Shown one piece after another: positions 27,101-37,098 of a stretch of 53,630 nucleotides of DNA. The stretch spans positions 1-53,630 of the forward strand of contig JAYXXD010000003.1 of the NCBI GenBank assembly GCA_036019775.1, in the 5' to 3' direction. The DNA comes from Thermoplasmatota archaeon. GTDB taxonomy: Archaea; Thermoplasmatota; Poseidoniia; Poseidoniales; Poseidoniaceae. The position numbers and the translations under genes were made by a program. Below the pieces are notes generated by a model. The model saw only the letters and a program-made list of their open reading frames with translations, was not told the DNA's origin and made no database searches. Position 1 is the first letter of the stretch; each line of letters opens with the position of its first letter.

Positions 27101-28849
27101 ATTCCAGATTTTAGCCAAGGAGAAGGCGTTGAAGCACTTTCATTCTTCCTTGGCGATGTTGTTGGAATTGGTGGCCTTGTCAACGACTTGGTGTATGGTC
27201 TTGTTTCAAATGTTGGCGATTCCACTGGAGAGGTTGAAGATGTTGCATATGGCCTCGACATGACCACAGGTGAAAGTTTTGACATTGTTGCTGACATGCG
27301 TAAAGGAAGCGTTCCAGTTGCGCAACCAGAATGGCAGCATGGACTCGATATGCAAGCTGTAGAACGAACGGTTGTTGATTTCAATCTATCAAAGTTAACC
27401 AATGTAACCGAATCCAACCGCAACATCATCGACGGGATTCTTTCCGATTACATCATCAATGATGACGAACTTGCGACCTTAGAGTCGACATTTTCTCAAA
27501 CAAACTTGTCATTTGCTTATCCATTGATGGAATTCCTCGATGATGGAATCATCACTGAACGTGAGTTGGTTGGAATCGATGTGGAATTACTCGAAGCGTT
27601 AGGTGTGTCGTTTGAGAAACGACGTAGTTGGCATCTTCGGACATGGTTGCCACAACTTCCCTCCGGAAAAATCGAAATCAGTTACGTATTTTCACTCACC
27701 GATGACGTGCCGACCTACGATTTCAACATGGATCTTGAAGAATGGCTCCCTGCACGAGAAAACTTGTACATTACGATGAATGGTATCGAACAATCTTCTG
27801 CTCAATTGCAAATTTTTGGATTCGATACGCAAACTTCGCGAGATGTATCAGTTTCGGCAAAGTTTTCACGACAAGATAATCTTACAGTTCCACGGTTGTC
27901 AATCGACATGAATTACGATATTGGGCAACGGCTGGATTACGCCTATGCTGTGTTTATTGATTTTGATAATCTTGTCCGTGCGGAAACGTTCATTGAAGGC
28001 GTTCCACAGCAAACTGGATTTTCAGCTACCATTGGTGATGTTCTATTGCTCAATGTTGATGTTCCTCAAGCGTACAGGGTTGGCGATACGAGTGTTGATT
28101 CGATGATGATTCAACAACATCGTTACGTCGATGGCTTTTGGTGGCCAGCAACAACCTTCTTCCAAGACATACCGTCGGAAATGAGGCTTGCTGCAGAACC
28201 AGATACTCGATACGATATTCGTCAAGAAACATCTTTCCAAGGTATGATGACACTCGATTATGCCTCAAACTCGGATAAAATGGATATGTACATCGAAGCG
28301 AATGGGCGTGCGATCGATGCCAAAGGTGATACGTTGATGATTGCCAAAAATCTACCAAAGACCTTCAAACTTGAGACAACGGAAGACTGGGGTGTCCGAA
28401 TCGTTTCTTCTGGTAACGGTGTTGAAGAATTGTACATGCGTCAATCCAACGTTCCTGGTGCACCTGGTGCCTTTTTGGACCGCTTTGAGATTGTTGGGGA
28501 AGACCTCAAAGGGGCAACGATCACCATCCATCGTCCGCTTGGCTACCCGGTCATTATTCTCGATGACATTACGACGGGACGTCTTGTATCAAGCGCAGAG
28601 GTTCATCTTGAACCTGGTGTTTATGCTCCTATTTTTGGTGACTTGGAAGTGGATGGACGCGGTGTATTGCTCGATGCCCAATTTACTGGAATACTTCCGA
28701 CTTCGACATCGATTGGTGTCAATGGGGTTGTGACGGACCTTTCCGTCGTAAGTACGCTCACTGGTGGTTCAATTGAAACGCGCCACATTATGGTTGTAGA
28801 ACCGTTTACCTCTGGTATTGCTTCGCTCTTTGCGATGATTTTTGGGTGA
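24179..28849 (+). CDS. Very large (1556 aa) secreted acidic hypothetical protein
   Basis: Long ORF with host-like codon usage. Signal peptide KRGRLATFLILVLLIPIFQPVQA, DIDGD loop, hydrophobic C-terminus. No family recognised. Confidence 0.8.
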   Translation: MVEEAIRLIRPGLHQPKRGRLATFLILVLLIPIFQPVQADVLVEKDDFGLMEKLSDLMELQESSDDLVIAAGSSASSLALVEAAKRESREGDPLNDSTEYLSQAQLRDTTPFEPDHPRPYEILLDTSSQPDGWPNNLIQTLFSLESWDITDPLAVGINTYALYINFSSRDNGPQYEAWDYGTFTGELFVGSDLVLFENYIDIDGDNVDDVSISLTVLGLLTLNEGFGFEPPLDPFQFPPSIPDTLWLRPTFQWKIDYLNENDPIWDELAHMEVSLLKGLAFDSALQESQSYALVLDTRLTQPPNNFRVEVGIQEFRFSISNTISNIAGLLADFITGGILPANAVSLTSVSAPYSISIRNSNSNSENKQTECDETYYDVFNDHGSASETHKCGYGIGIGFIQFDQVDQQGQVEIIDMGYLDVGFHPELGSNQLPEEIDLVLRNDNLGDNTFDTVELYSDVGADLWLHYFEDRSNTLEGGSFGNTTDSRLWIRGIPSGSLPQEEINAIFTMIGEAPGSANLPGDIPDRLSFILAIKNFSGDATANENDLTLPVNPAAPPATLIMIAGTERIKSLSYNSTLKRGGYANDVSSLTIQVENLPEVLILKGSFQLSSTGLSRVNFNNPDLNTIAQLLDNALLTLVEIVLDLGSILNTLPDLIVGTAGSSGGELEVLCLSQVRQTWSNGAVRGPSSLGEISMAIGSSDHPWLTDSDHILLSQDTEIEQIDGRDGPVEPLVPVAMSIRVSNISRVFQSYDPVTSVRALELQGQQSGALLVGHIRHSGTNFANVTAQSAMISNRPSDLSVVQDPAKLVYTASEPIGTITYGGEQGAQRNAIRLEGLPAQFQLNLGDSVGFQAETPITSIMVQMTNATTPLTMNGDHFRFWVDADTAQASLSAKISNVQSVQRYSPIDANSTGPEGSARYALQRQVSSPFSISMEDVSNYDDPFLGLNGMMRLEPLPANLEVVLPSDLDSSGIEIPDFSQGEGVEALSFFLGDVVGIGGLVNDLVYGLVSNVGDSTGEVEDVAYGLDMTTGESFDIVADMRKGSVPVAQPEWQHGLDMQAVERTVVDFNLSKLTNVTESNRNIIDGILSDYIINDDELATLESTFSQTNLSFAYPLMEFLDDGIITERELVGIDVELLEALGVSFEKRRSWHLRTWLPQLPSGKIEISYVFSLTDDVPTYDFNMDLEEWLPARENLYITMNGIEQSSAQLQIFGFDTQTSRDVSVSAKFSRQDNLTVPRLSIDMNYDIGQRLDYAYAVFIDFDNLVRAETFIEGVPQQTGFSATIGDVLLLNVDVPQAYRVGDTSVDSMMIQQHRYVDGFWWPATTFFQDIPSEMRLAAEPDTRYDIRQETSFQGMMTLDYASNSDKMDMYIEANGRAIDAKGDTLMIAKNLPKTFKLETTEDWGVRIVSSGNGVEELYMRQSNVPGAPGAFLDRFEIVGEDLKGATITIHRPLGYPVIILDDITTGRLVSSAEVHLEPGVYAPIFGDLEVDGRGVLLDAQFTGILPTSTSIGVNGVVTDLSVVSTLTGGSIETRHIMVVEPFTSGIASLFAMIFG

Positions 28850-28853
28850 GAAC

Positions 28854-29498
28854 ATGGATGATGAATTGGTGGTTCATGAAGACGACATTGTCGCTGCCAA
28901 ACCTATGGGGTTGTTGGAAACTACTCAACGCCGAGAAGCCATTGAAATGGGCTTTGATTTGAACGATCCTGAACAGGCTGAAGCATACCGACAAGCGCAA
29001 GAGGTTGCTCTCTTTGTCAAAGAGCGAATACGGGATATTAACCCGGTAAGGGTTGCGATTGCTGGATTAATTCTCATGCTCTTGGTTGGCTTGGTTGCGA
29101 GTGGGTGGTACTGGGTCATTCCACGTGATGATGTCGAGATTCATACAGTCTACATGCAACGAGGTGGACATCTAGTCATGAGCGAATTGCAAAACGATGG
29201 AAGTCGAGCCATCCGTGACGTCGTTTTAGAGGTTCAATTCTTGGACGCACAAGACGACTTAATCCAAACAATGCGCATCGAAGTGGATACTGTCAAAGCG
29301 CATTCTTCACTTGCAGGGGATGATTTGGAGATGATTGTCCTTGGATACACGGTTTGGGAGGAATACACATTGAAAATTTCAGTTCGATATACGATGTTCG
29401 ATAACAGTCAAAATTACATGGAGGTCAATCACGTTGTCGGGACATATGCTTCGGAAGTCTTTGTCGATCAGGTTGAAACAACGACTCGACTGTTCTGA
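28854..29498 (+). CDS. Single-pass membrane hypothetical protein with Ig-like C-terminal domain
   Basis: TM VAIAGLILMLLVGLVASGWYW, then beta-rich LQNDGSR..V.LEVQF. GGTGA SD before ATG 28854. Confidence 0.7.
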   Translation: MDDELVVHEDDIVAAKPMGLLETTQRREAIEMGFDLNDPEQAEAYRQAQEVALFVKERIRDINPVRVAIAGLILMLLVGLVASGWYWVIPRDDVEIHTVYMQRGGHLVMSELQNDGSRAIRDVVLEVQFLDAQDDLIQTMRIEVDTVKAHSSLAGDDLEMIVLGYTVWEEYTLKISVRYTMFDNSQNYMEVNHVVGTYASEVFVDQVETTTRLF

Positions 29499-29562
29499 TA
29501 GTTCGTTGTTCAAACAATTGACCCATAGCGATAAATGCGTCATCTAAACGAGGTTGATTTCA

Positions 29563-32500
29563 ATGGAGCAACAAACCCGTCTTGCCCTTGGAATTCTCAT
29601 CCTCTTGATGATGAGTCCATGGACTTCGATGGTAAGTCCAGAAGTCGAATCGGAACAGAATCTAACATATCAAAGGAATGCGGAGTATTTCTCGATACGT
29701 ACTGATGCATACTCTGACTTTATTGGAACATACGAAGATTCGGAGACTACAGAGCAACGTGCACTTGTTGCAGAATCAAGACTTGGAGTATTCTCTGTCA
29801 ACGGTTTGGAACTCAATCGACCACTTTCCAGTGATGTACTTGAACCAAGGTTGGATGTTCAACTTCTTCTTATCGATAATGACCGCCATATGCAGGAAGT
29901 TCGAAATGAACTTTCCGAGATTTCAGGCCTTGAAATTCGAGAATTTATTGGCCCGTCCGGTTTGATGGTTCAAGGAACTGCATCCGCACTGTCACGTGCT
30001 CAATCCATATCCAGCGTTATCGCACAATGGGATGTTCCATTAGCCATGTTCCTCGATGATTCGATGCTTGATGTGATGATGTTTGAAAATGGAATTGAGT
30101 CATTGCAAGATGAGGAGATTCGACTGGAGGGCTGGTGGAGCCATCAACAAATTGACTCCCTTTCAATCGCTGATGATGAAGGCAACACAATCAAGCAAGA
30201 ATTGTCAGATGTTGCCGCAATCGCTCTCGATGATGCCGAACATCTCGATCTAGGACAGTACCGTGGCAAATTGTCGGTCAAGACTGTTCTCGATGTGGTC
30301 CGTCAACCCTCAGTTATGTGGCTAAGGTTTGAGCCTCAGATGGCGTATGATAACGATCAATCGAAGAATCACATGCAAATCAACACAATGCGGTCATATT
30401 TTACGACCGATCTTGACGGTTCAGGCCAAATCGTTGCAGTTGCAGATTCAGGATTGGATGAAGATCATGGTGATTTTGGAACGCGTATCGTTGGAAATTA
30501 TGATGTCATTGGCGATGGTTCAACAGCAGACAGACACTCAGGCCATGGAACGCATGTAGCATGTACAGTTCTTGGCGATGGGAGCAGAGGAGGCTATGCA
30601 GGTGTTGCTCCAGATGCAGAATTGTATTTCCAAGCGATGGAAAACGACAATACGGGTAATTTTGTATCACCTTCGTTGAATTATCTGCTCAATTCAGCCT
30701 ACAATGCTGGTGCTCGAATCCATACCAATTCCTGGGGTTCTTCAGCAACCTCGACGCAAGGCGAATATACGTCTGAGGCAGAAGCTGTCGATGATCGTTC
30801 CTTCAATTACGACAAAGTAAGCAACGGGCAAGAAGGCCTAACAATTCTTTTTGCAGCAGGCAATGATGGCCCTGGCGCCGGTACGGTTGGCTCGCCATCG
30901 ACGGCGAAGAATGTCATTACTGTAGGGAACCATCAAGCCCGTTACAGTGGTGCACCCGACAATCTCATGTCAGGTTCATCACGCGGCCCTACCGATGATG
31001 GGCGGATAAAACCAGACATCATCGCTCCCGGAGGATACGTTCGGTCTTGTCGGGCACAAGAAGCGCAAGATATTGAAGGTTCAAATTGGCAATCGACTTG
31101 GTATCTTGAATATACAGGTACGTCAATGGCGACTCCAAATGCTGCAGGCGCTGCAACATTGATTCGAGAATATCTTATTGAAATCGCTCAAAGACCTTCT
31201 CCTCAAGGTGCTTTGGTAAAGGCCTTGCTTGTACTCGGCGCTCAAGATATTAACTCAAGAGATATTCCAAACAATGACGAAGGTTGGGGGCGTGTCAATC
31301 TCAAAGAAACGCTTGCTCCATCTCAAGGCCGAGGCATCTGGGTTGACGATCGTTCAGTTTTAACAAGTTCAGGCGCTTCGAAATCGTATGTGTTTAATGT
31401 CACGTACGCCAATTCTCAGCTCAAAGCTGTCCTTGCTTGGTCGGATTATCGTGGTAGCAGATTTGCCAGTAAAGCATTGGTGAACGACCTTGATTTGGAA
31501 GTCGAATCTCCAGATGGAACCGTCTACTTGGGCAACGATTTTGCGAATGGGCGCTCGACAACAGGTGGTACAAAAGACGACATCAACAACCTTGAGGTCG
31601 TTCTTATTGATTCTGCAATGAAAGGAATCTGGACAGTACGCGTAAAGGATGCTTATCATGCTGGCAGTGGTTCGCAACCGTTTGCTATTGCAGTATCAGG
31701 ACAAGGTGTGAACGATTTACGCCCAGATCCACAAGTGGTCCTTGATTCAATGCAATTGAACGTCACCATTCCACAAGTCGGAGATCAAGTGCGCTTGACG
31801 ACTGATGTATTCAATGCAGGAAACATCAAAGCAGAATCCGTTGATGTTGTGTTTAATGTAGATGGCACTGAAATCGATCGGAAAACATTGGACATCAATC
31901 CTGGGGCTTTCCGACAATCAGTGTGGTATTGGACACCTCAACAATCAGGATTAACAACACTTGAATTGATTATCGATCCCGATGATGTCATCGATGAAAT
32001 ACAGGAAAACAACAACATCCTCACAAAGGTCGTCGATGTAACGGCTCCAGGGGTGAAGGTAACAACCGATACAATTGATCAACAGGTGCAATTTGCCGAA
32101 CAAACAACAACAACCTGGAATCTAACCCTTGAAAATACAGCTCTGTTGGAAACGAATGCCTCGATTGATGCGCTCGGCATCTATGTCGATTCAAACAATT
32201 CAGAGGTGCCCTGGTATCTCGGTATGACGGCATCCAACTTTTCCTTACAAGGGAAAGAAACAGCAGAAGTCTCGTTAACAGTCGTGTATCCTCAAGCGCC
32301 GGAACCAGGAAGGTACCGAATTGATCTTTCGGGTTTAGACGTCGATAATGGGATTACATATCCTCTATCCCTTTATCTTGAAGTACTTGAGATCCCTGAA
32401 TTCCGAATTGAATACGATTACACGATTGTCCCTGTCCACCCAGTAGATGCAACCAATCTAACCGTTCGAGTATTCAATGATGGAAATACTGAGATAGGCT

Positions 32501-34035
32501 ACGATCTTTTCTTGCAAGCCCCATCAGGTTGGAGTGCAGGGTTCACGGATCTAAGCAACGATCCTGGAGCAACATCCGGCTCAACAGGATTGATTGAAAA
32601 GAATGGACAATTAAATGTCGGTATGGAGTTTACGCCTCCTCAAATTTCAACAGCTGCAGGTGCACAACGAATGGTTACATTGACTGCTATTTCGCAGACG
32701 GAACCAGCCCAGCAATGGGAGATAGATATTCCAATCGAAGTCATGGAAGTTCGAGAAGTTGAACTTATCTTCGAGTCGAATCTTGGTAATCCACGTCCAG
32801 ATGCTTCGTTAAATCTTCTGTTTACGATTGAAAACCGTGGCAATGTCGACATGTCCCTTGTTCCGAGTTTGTCTCTACCATCTGGGTGGACTCAACAAAC
32901 ATCAATCGAAACCATAGAAATGGGTTGGACTGAGCAATCAAAGGATATCCTTATTTCGATTCAAGGAGATGGTAATGCTTTGTCAGGTGAGATTCGATTG
33001 ATTCTTGACGTAGGTTCTGAACGATTTAGTTGGGTTGGTGAAATCAATGTGTTGGAATTGCCTCAGCCAACTCTCGCCTTCTCAGATTTGAAATTTGAAG
33101 ATGGGCGAAGCTTCGACCATCCATTCGGGCCAGGGTCACATCCTGCAGGCCAAGAGTTGACGTTCACATGGTTGCTTGTCAATGAAGGTGATGTAGCATG
33201 GAGTCCCTCGATTACAACTTCTTTATCACCTGGGCTTTTTGGCGAATGTTTTGATGTTGGTACAATAACAAGTGATGTTGTACCTGTCGTCTGTTCAATC
33301 ATTCTACCTTCAACTCTTGAGGTCGGATCTCAACCCTCATTTTCCTTCACGTTGTACGACGATGATGTATCACTTACTGAGGGAACGAGTATGCTCGTTG
33401 CAGAATCTCGTAGTGTTGAGTGGGAGGTGACTGGTCTTTCGAATCTCGATGAATCAGGTTCCGGAACAATTCAAGTTCGGATTTTGAATTCTGGCAACAC
33501 GGCACTATCTCATCAATTGGTTGCTGAAACGACCAAAGGTCTCGAAGCCTTGATTCAAGGAGATGACATTGTAAATGCGGTCGCTGGTGAATCTCAACAG
33601 TTTACCGTCCAGCTCAAGGGGAAGAGCACTGGTGCTCAACAACTCACGTTGAAGCTTTCAGGCGTCCAAGATGTCGAGTCATCGGTGAAAACATTGGAAA
33701 TTGATGTTTCGGTCTCGTCTGAAGAATCAACGTCAGCAGGTCGCACTGTGATTTACACCAGTGCGGCAATTGTTCTCTTTGTTAGTGTGGCGGCTGTCCT
33801 TTTCATTCTGCGATCAAGAGGCCGATCCGTGGTTGAAACACCTTCTCCAACAGTTGCTTCTTCTATTGGTCAACAGCAAGCCGCTACGTGCTGGTCTTGC
33901 CGTTCTCCAATTCTTGGCCCGATGCAAGGCTGCCCCGGTTGTGGAGCGCGTTATCATGCGGATATGCCAACTTGTCCAAAGGTGGAGAATTGCGCGAATT
34001 GCGGCGCTTCTTCCGACCAGTTTGTTTCGGCTTAA
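29563..34035 (+). CDS. Membrane-anchored subtilisin-family (S8) serine protease with PPC/CARDB/Ig-like repeats and C-terminal Cys/His finger
   Basis: Catalytic VADSG (D), HGTHVA (H), AAGN (oxyanion), GTSMATP (S). NDLDL/NNLE PPC-like domain. CARDB IDPDDVIDEIQENNN. TM, then CWSC..CPGC..H..C..CANC. Confidence 0.93.
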   Translation: MEQQTRLALGILILLMMSPWTSMVSPEVESEQNLTYQRNAEYFSIRTDAYSDFIGTYEDSETTEQRALVAESRLGVFSVNGLELNRPLSSDVLEPRLDVQLLLIDNDRHMQEVRNELSEISGLEIREFIGPSGLMVQGTASALSRAQSISSVIAQWDVPLAMFLDDSMLDVMMFENGIESLQDEEIRLEGWWSHQQIDSLSIADDEGNTIKQELSDVAAIALDDAEHLDLGQYRGKLSVKTVLDVVRQPSVMWLRFEPQMAYDNDQSKNHMQINTMRSYFTTDLDGSGQIVAVADSGLDEDHGDFGTRIVGNYDVIGDGSTADRHSGHGTHVACTVLGDGSRGGYAGVAPDAELYFQAMENDNTGNFVSPSLNYLLNSAYNAGARIHTNSWGSSATSTQGEYTSEAEAVDDRSFNYDKVSNGQEGLTILFAAGNDGPGAGTVGSPSTAKNVITVGNHQARYSGAPDNLMSGSSRGPTDDGRIKPDIIAPGGYVRSCRAQEAQDIEGSNWQSTWYLEYTGTSMATPNAAGAATLIREYLIEIAQRPSPQGALVKALLVLGAQDINSRDIPNNDEGWGRVNLKETLAPSQGRGIWVDDRSVLTSSGASKSYVFNVTYANSQLKAVLAWSDYRGSRFASKALVNDLDLEVESPDGTVYLGNDFANGRSTTGGTKDDINNLEVVLIDSAMKGIWTVRVKDAYHAGSGSQPFAIAVSGQGVNDLRPDPQVVLDSMQLNVTIPQVGDQVRLTTDVFNAGNIKAESVDVVFNVDGTEIDRKTLDINPGAFRQSVWYWTPQQSGLTTLELIIDPDDVIDEIQENNNILTKVVDVTAPGVKVTTDTIDQQVQFAEQTTTTWNLTLENTALLETNASIDALGIYVDSNNSEVPWYLGMTASNFSLQGKETAEVSLTVVYPQAPEPGRYRIDLSGLDVDNGITYPLSLYLEVLEIPEFRIEYDYTIVPVHPVDATNLTVRVFNDGNTEIGYDLFLQAPSGWSAGFTDLSNDPGATSGSTGLIEKNGQLNVGMEFTPPQISTAAGAQRMVTLTAISQTEPAQQWEIDIPIEVMEVREVELIFESNLGNPRPDASLNLLFTIENRGNVDMSLVPSLSLPSGWTQQTSIETIEMGWTEQSKDILISIQGDGNALSGEIRLILDVGSERFSWVGEINVLELPQPTLAFSDLKFEDGRSFDHPFGPGSHPAGQELTFTWLLVNEGDVAWSPSITTSLSPGLFGECFDVGTITSDVVPVVCSIILPSTLEVGSQPSFSFTLYDDDVSLTEGTSMLVAESRSVEWEVTGLSNLDESGSGTIQVRILNSGNTALSHQLVAETTKGLEALIQGDDIVNAVAGESQQFTVQLKGKSTGAQQLTLKLSGVQDVESSVKTLEIDVSVSSEESTSAGRTVIYTSAAIVLFVSVAAVLFILRSRGRSVVETPSPTVASSIGQQQAATCWSCRSPILGPMQGCPGCGARYHADMPTCPKVENCANCGASSDQFVSA

Positions 34036-34101
34036 TTCGTAAACAACAAAGGGCATCCTTTTGATAGGTCAATGTCTCCCCATCTTTAGGGAGGATACGG
34101 T

Positions 34102-36969
34102 ATGCTCGATTTGGGACACAAGAAACGTCTCGCATTTCTTTTGATTTCTGTGATGGTTTTCTCAATTCTTCCAATCTCTGCGCCGATCGTTTCGGCAGAC
34201 GAAGCAAGAGATGCGAACATCCGAGTTTCCGTGACACCAAGTGAACAAACCATCAATCCCGGTGAATCCGGTGAGTACACCGTTTATGTTTACAATGATG
34301 GCGAGAATCCAGTAACAGTTCAACTGAGTTCTGTAGAAGGCGCAGAGCAAGATTGTACTGCATACACATCGACAATAACCCAGATTCCTGGAGCAATCGA
34401 TGCAGGTTCGTATGGGGAGACAACAATGACTGTCACACTTACAGCAAATGCAGAAGGTTCTTGTGAGACCACAGTAACTGCAAACGCACAAGATTCCCCT
34501 GAACCACCCGAACCGCCAGGTCAACCCGCCACAGAGACGGATACTGCAACAACAACAGCGGGAGATGGTTCTGGTAATGCTTTGTTTGGTGTGGATCTAT
34601 CAATGGAAACTTCAAGTCGCACTTGGGGCGGGGAAGAAACGACTGAATGGACGCTTATTGTAGAGAATAAGGGAAGAAATCAAGCTAATGTGGATTTGGT
34701 AATCGAAGAAGATGAATCTGCCTCAGGCTGTAATGACATTGATAATCTTGCACCAACACTTTCTGAAACTTCAGTTCAACTTGATTCGAATGAAACCAGG
34801 GATATAACGGTCTTTTTGGATGTAACCAACGACATCGAAGCTGCCAAATATTGTTGGGACATCATTGGGACCGTTCGAGAGGATCCAAGCGACAATACGA
34901 GTGATAATCAACCGTTCGATATCACGGTACCAATCCTGAAAGAATGCAGTCTATCGCTTTCAAAGACCTCGGTGACCGTCGAGCCAGGAAGCGAATCCAG
35001 TTTAGTTGCAACCTTTGTCAACGAAGGCAACTCCGATTGGACAATTCGCGCTGACGCTGCAGGACCAAAGGCTGATTGGATTTCCTTTGTTGGAGGATCG
35101 AGTGGAGTGCTGCCATACGAAGGTGCTGCAACCAAGGCGTTTGATTTACGTGTCAGCCCCGATGACTCTGTGAATGCAGGACAAGAACAGACGGTCTTCA
35201 TCCAAGGTAAGGATGGTACACAAGTCAAGTGTACCACTGAATTGATCGTCACAGTTGGGCAATCGTTTGGGGCGACCATTACGATGATGAACTCACAACT
35301 CAATAACGTAGAACCAGGGACTTCAGCAACAACTTCCGTAACGGTCGAGAATACAGGTAATGGCGTTGATTCCTTCCGATTGACTTCCTCTTCCGTTCCA
35401 AGTGGCTGGACAATCGAATTGGATGAGAGCCTCGTAACCCTTGATTCAAAACACGAACCTGGACGAAAGGATACAATTGATGTTACCGTAACCTTGCCAG
35501 AGGACGCATTGGCAACCGAAGTAGTTGACATCGAGATTGCCGTTACTTCCAGCGTTGGTGGAGAATCTTACGATGATGTCACCCTTTCAGTATCCGTCGC
35601 TGAAGTGCACGGTTTTGAAGCGGATTCAACCGCATTAACTCAGACCGGTAAAGATGGGAATGAAGTAAAGTTCCCATTTGAAATCGAAAACACAGGAAAC
35701 GTGGAAGACAGTTTCCGATTGAGCGTTATTCAGCAAACAGCATCTCCTTCTTGGTCGTATTTCTTCGAGGATGAAGCAGGCAACCGATTCACAGAAATCT
35801 TAGTCGATGCTCGACAAACCAAGAAACTCTTCTTTGTCGCTACAATATCAGATAGCGATGAATACTCAACGTTTACCATTCGAATCACCAATAAAGACGA
35901 TTCGAACAACATCGATGACGACAATGATGGTATACCTGACAACCAGCGAGAACTACGATTTACTGCCTTCCTTACAACAAGGGATTATGCAATGGATGTT
36001 CGCCTTGAAGAAGGAGGCTTGAATGGTCGAACAGGAGAACTCATCCTTGCTCCAGGTGACGAGGCAACCGTTGGAATGTGGATTCGAAACATGGGTAACG
36101 GTGATGATACAGCCGTTCTGGAAATCACTGGTTTAAACGGAATTGCAACACGGACGGTGTTTTACAAAGGGCTCCCAATCGCTTCAAACAATGAAATTGA
36201 TGTCCCATTCGGTTATGGAATATGGGATGAAAACAACAGCGCCTTTGTAATCGATGCATCGGGTTCCCCTTACCTTGAAATGACTCCAGATGCAATGGCA
36301 GATGAGATGTTATTTACACTCAACCTCAGCCAAGGACACAGTGTGCGTCCGTACGAATTGTTCCTTGAATTGAAAGTTGAGGTGAACGAGGCTACGCTGA
36401 CTGGCGAAGGAGGCAACCTCAATATTGTAGTGACCAGCAAATCCAACGCTGCGAACCGAACTGGACAGGCGACGGTTGCTTTGAGCGTTCAGAAGATCTT
36501 CGATTTGGAAATTATTGAACCTGCAACGACGTCATTCGGCTTGGTTTACCCTCAGAGCGAGAAGTTCGTAGTTCAAATCCGCAACGATGGAAATGTGGAA
36601 ACTGAAACTGAAATCTTCTCGTCCGAGAACCTTCGAGGCTGGAAGATTGAACTCGATGGGCCTCAAGATGACTGTGAATCGATTACAACATCTTCACTGG
36701 TCTGCACAATCGGAAAAGGAGAAATCATGAACATCACGGTTGAGATGAAACCACCGTTTGGGGCTGAACTCTCTGACACCTTCGATTTTACAATCTCAGT
36801 CCAGCCTGAAGAGATTGGTGTTATTGGAAGGATCAACCAACAATATGAGGTCACGGGCGACCTTGAACAAGGGCTCTTTGGTCTTGCTGATGATACAACT
36901 GTAATCCTATTCGGAGGCGGATTCATCGTACTTGTTGGCGTTTTGTTCATCTTCAGCAGACGTTTCTGA
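34102..36969 (+). CDS. Cell-surface protein with repeated Ig-like (NEW3/COG1470-type) domains and C-terminal TM anchor
   Basis: Signal peptide. Repeated PG......V.N.GN..D motifs (VENTGNGVD, IENTGNVED, IRNMGNGDD, IRNDGNVE). C-terminal TM + SRRF. Confidence 0.8.
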   Translation: MLDLGHKKRLAFLLISVMVFSILPISAPIVSADEARDANIRVSVTPSEQTINPGESGEYTVYVYNDGENPVTVQLSSVEGAEQDCTAYTSTITQIPGAIDAGSYGETTMTVTLTANAEGSCETTVTANAQDSPEPPEPPGQPATETDTATTTAGDGSGNALFGVDLSMETSSRTWGGEETTEWTLIVENKGRNQANVDLVIEEDESASGCNDIDNLAPTLSETSVQLDSNETRDITVFLDVTNDIEAAKYCWDIIGTVREDPSDNTSDNQPFDITVPILKECSLSLSKTSVTVEPGSESSLVATFVNEGNSDWTIRADAAGPKADWISFVGGSSGVLPYEGAATKAFDLRVSPDDSVNAGQEQTVFIQGKDGTQVKCTTELIVTVGQSFGATITMMNSQLNNVEPGTSATTSVTVENTGNGVDSFRLTSSSVPSGWTIELDESLVTLDSKHEPGRKDTIDVTVTLPEDALATEVVDIEIAVTSSVGGESYDDVTLSVSVAEVHGFEADSTALTQTGKDGNEVKFPFEIENTGNVEDSFRLSVIQQTASPSWSYFFEDEAGNRFTEILVDARQTKKLFFVATISDSDEYSTFTIRITNKDDSNNIDDDNDGIPDNQRELRFTAFLTTRDYAMDVRLEEGGLNGRTGELILAPGDEATVGMWIRNMGNGDDTAVLEITGLNGIATRTVFYKGLPIASNNEIDVPFGYGIWDENNSAFVIDASGSPYLEMTPDAMADEMLFTLNLSQGHSVRPYELFLELKVEVNEATLTGEGGNLNIVVTSKSNAANRTGQATVALSVQKIFDLEIIEPATTSFGLVYPQSEKFVVQIRNDGNVETETEIFSSENLRGWKIELDGPQDDCESITTSSLVCTIGKGEIMNITVEMKPPFGAELSDTFDFTISVQPEEIGVIGRINQQYEVTGDLEQGLFGLADDTTVILFGGGFIVLVGVLFIFSRRF

Positions 36970-37098
36970 TTTGGATGCTGTCGAGCCAAATTGTTCTTCT
37001 TGAAGCGACCATTTCGTTCAAGGCTGACTGGGAACGCTTATGGAGGGTATTCAAGTCGGTTTAATCAGAGAGCGGATGCGTTCTTGAGGCGATGATAA

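Noticed and set aside
34908-35531. 207-aa antisense ORF in the Ig-repeat gene
   Set aside because: Ser/Thr/Val-rich mirror of the sense-strand codon bias; no independent evidence.
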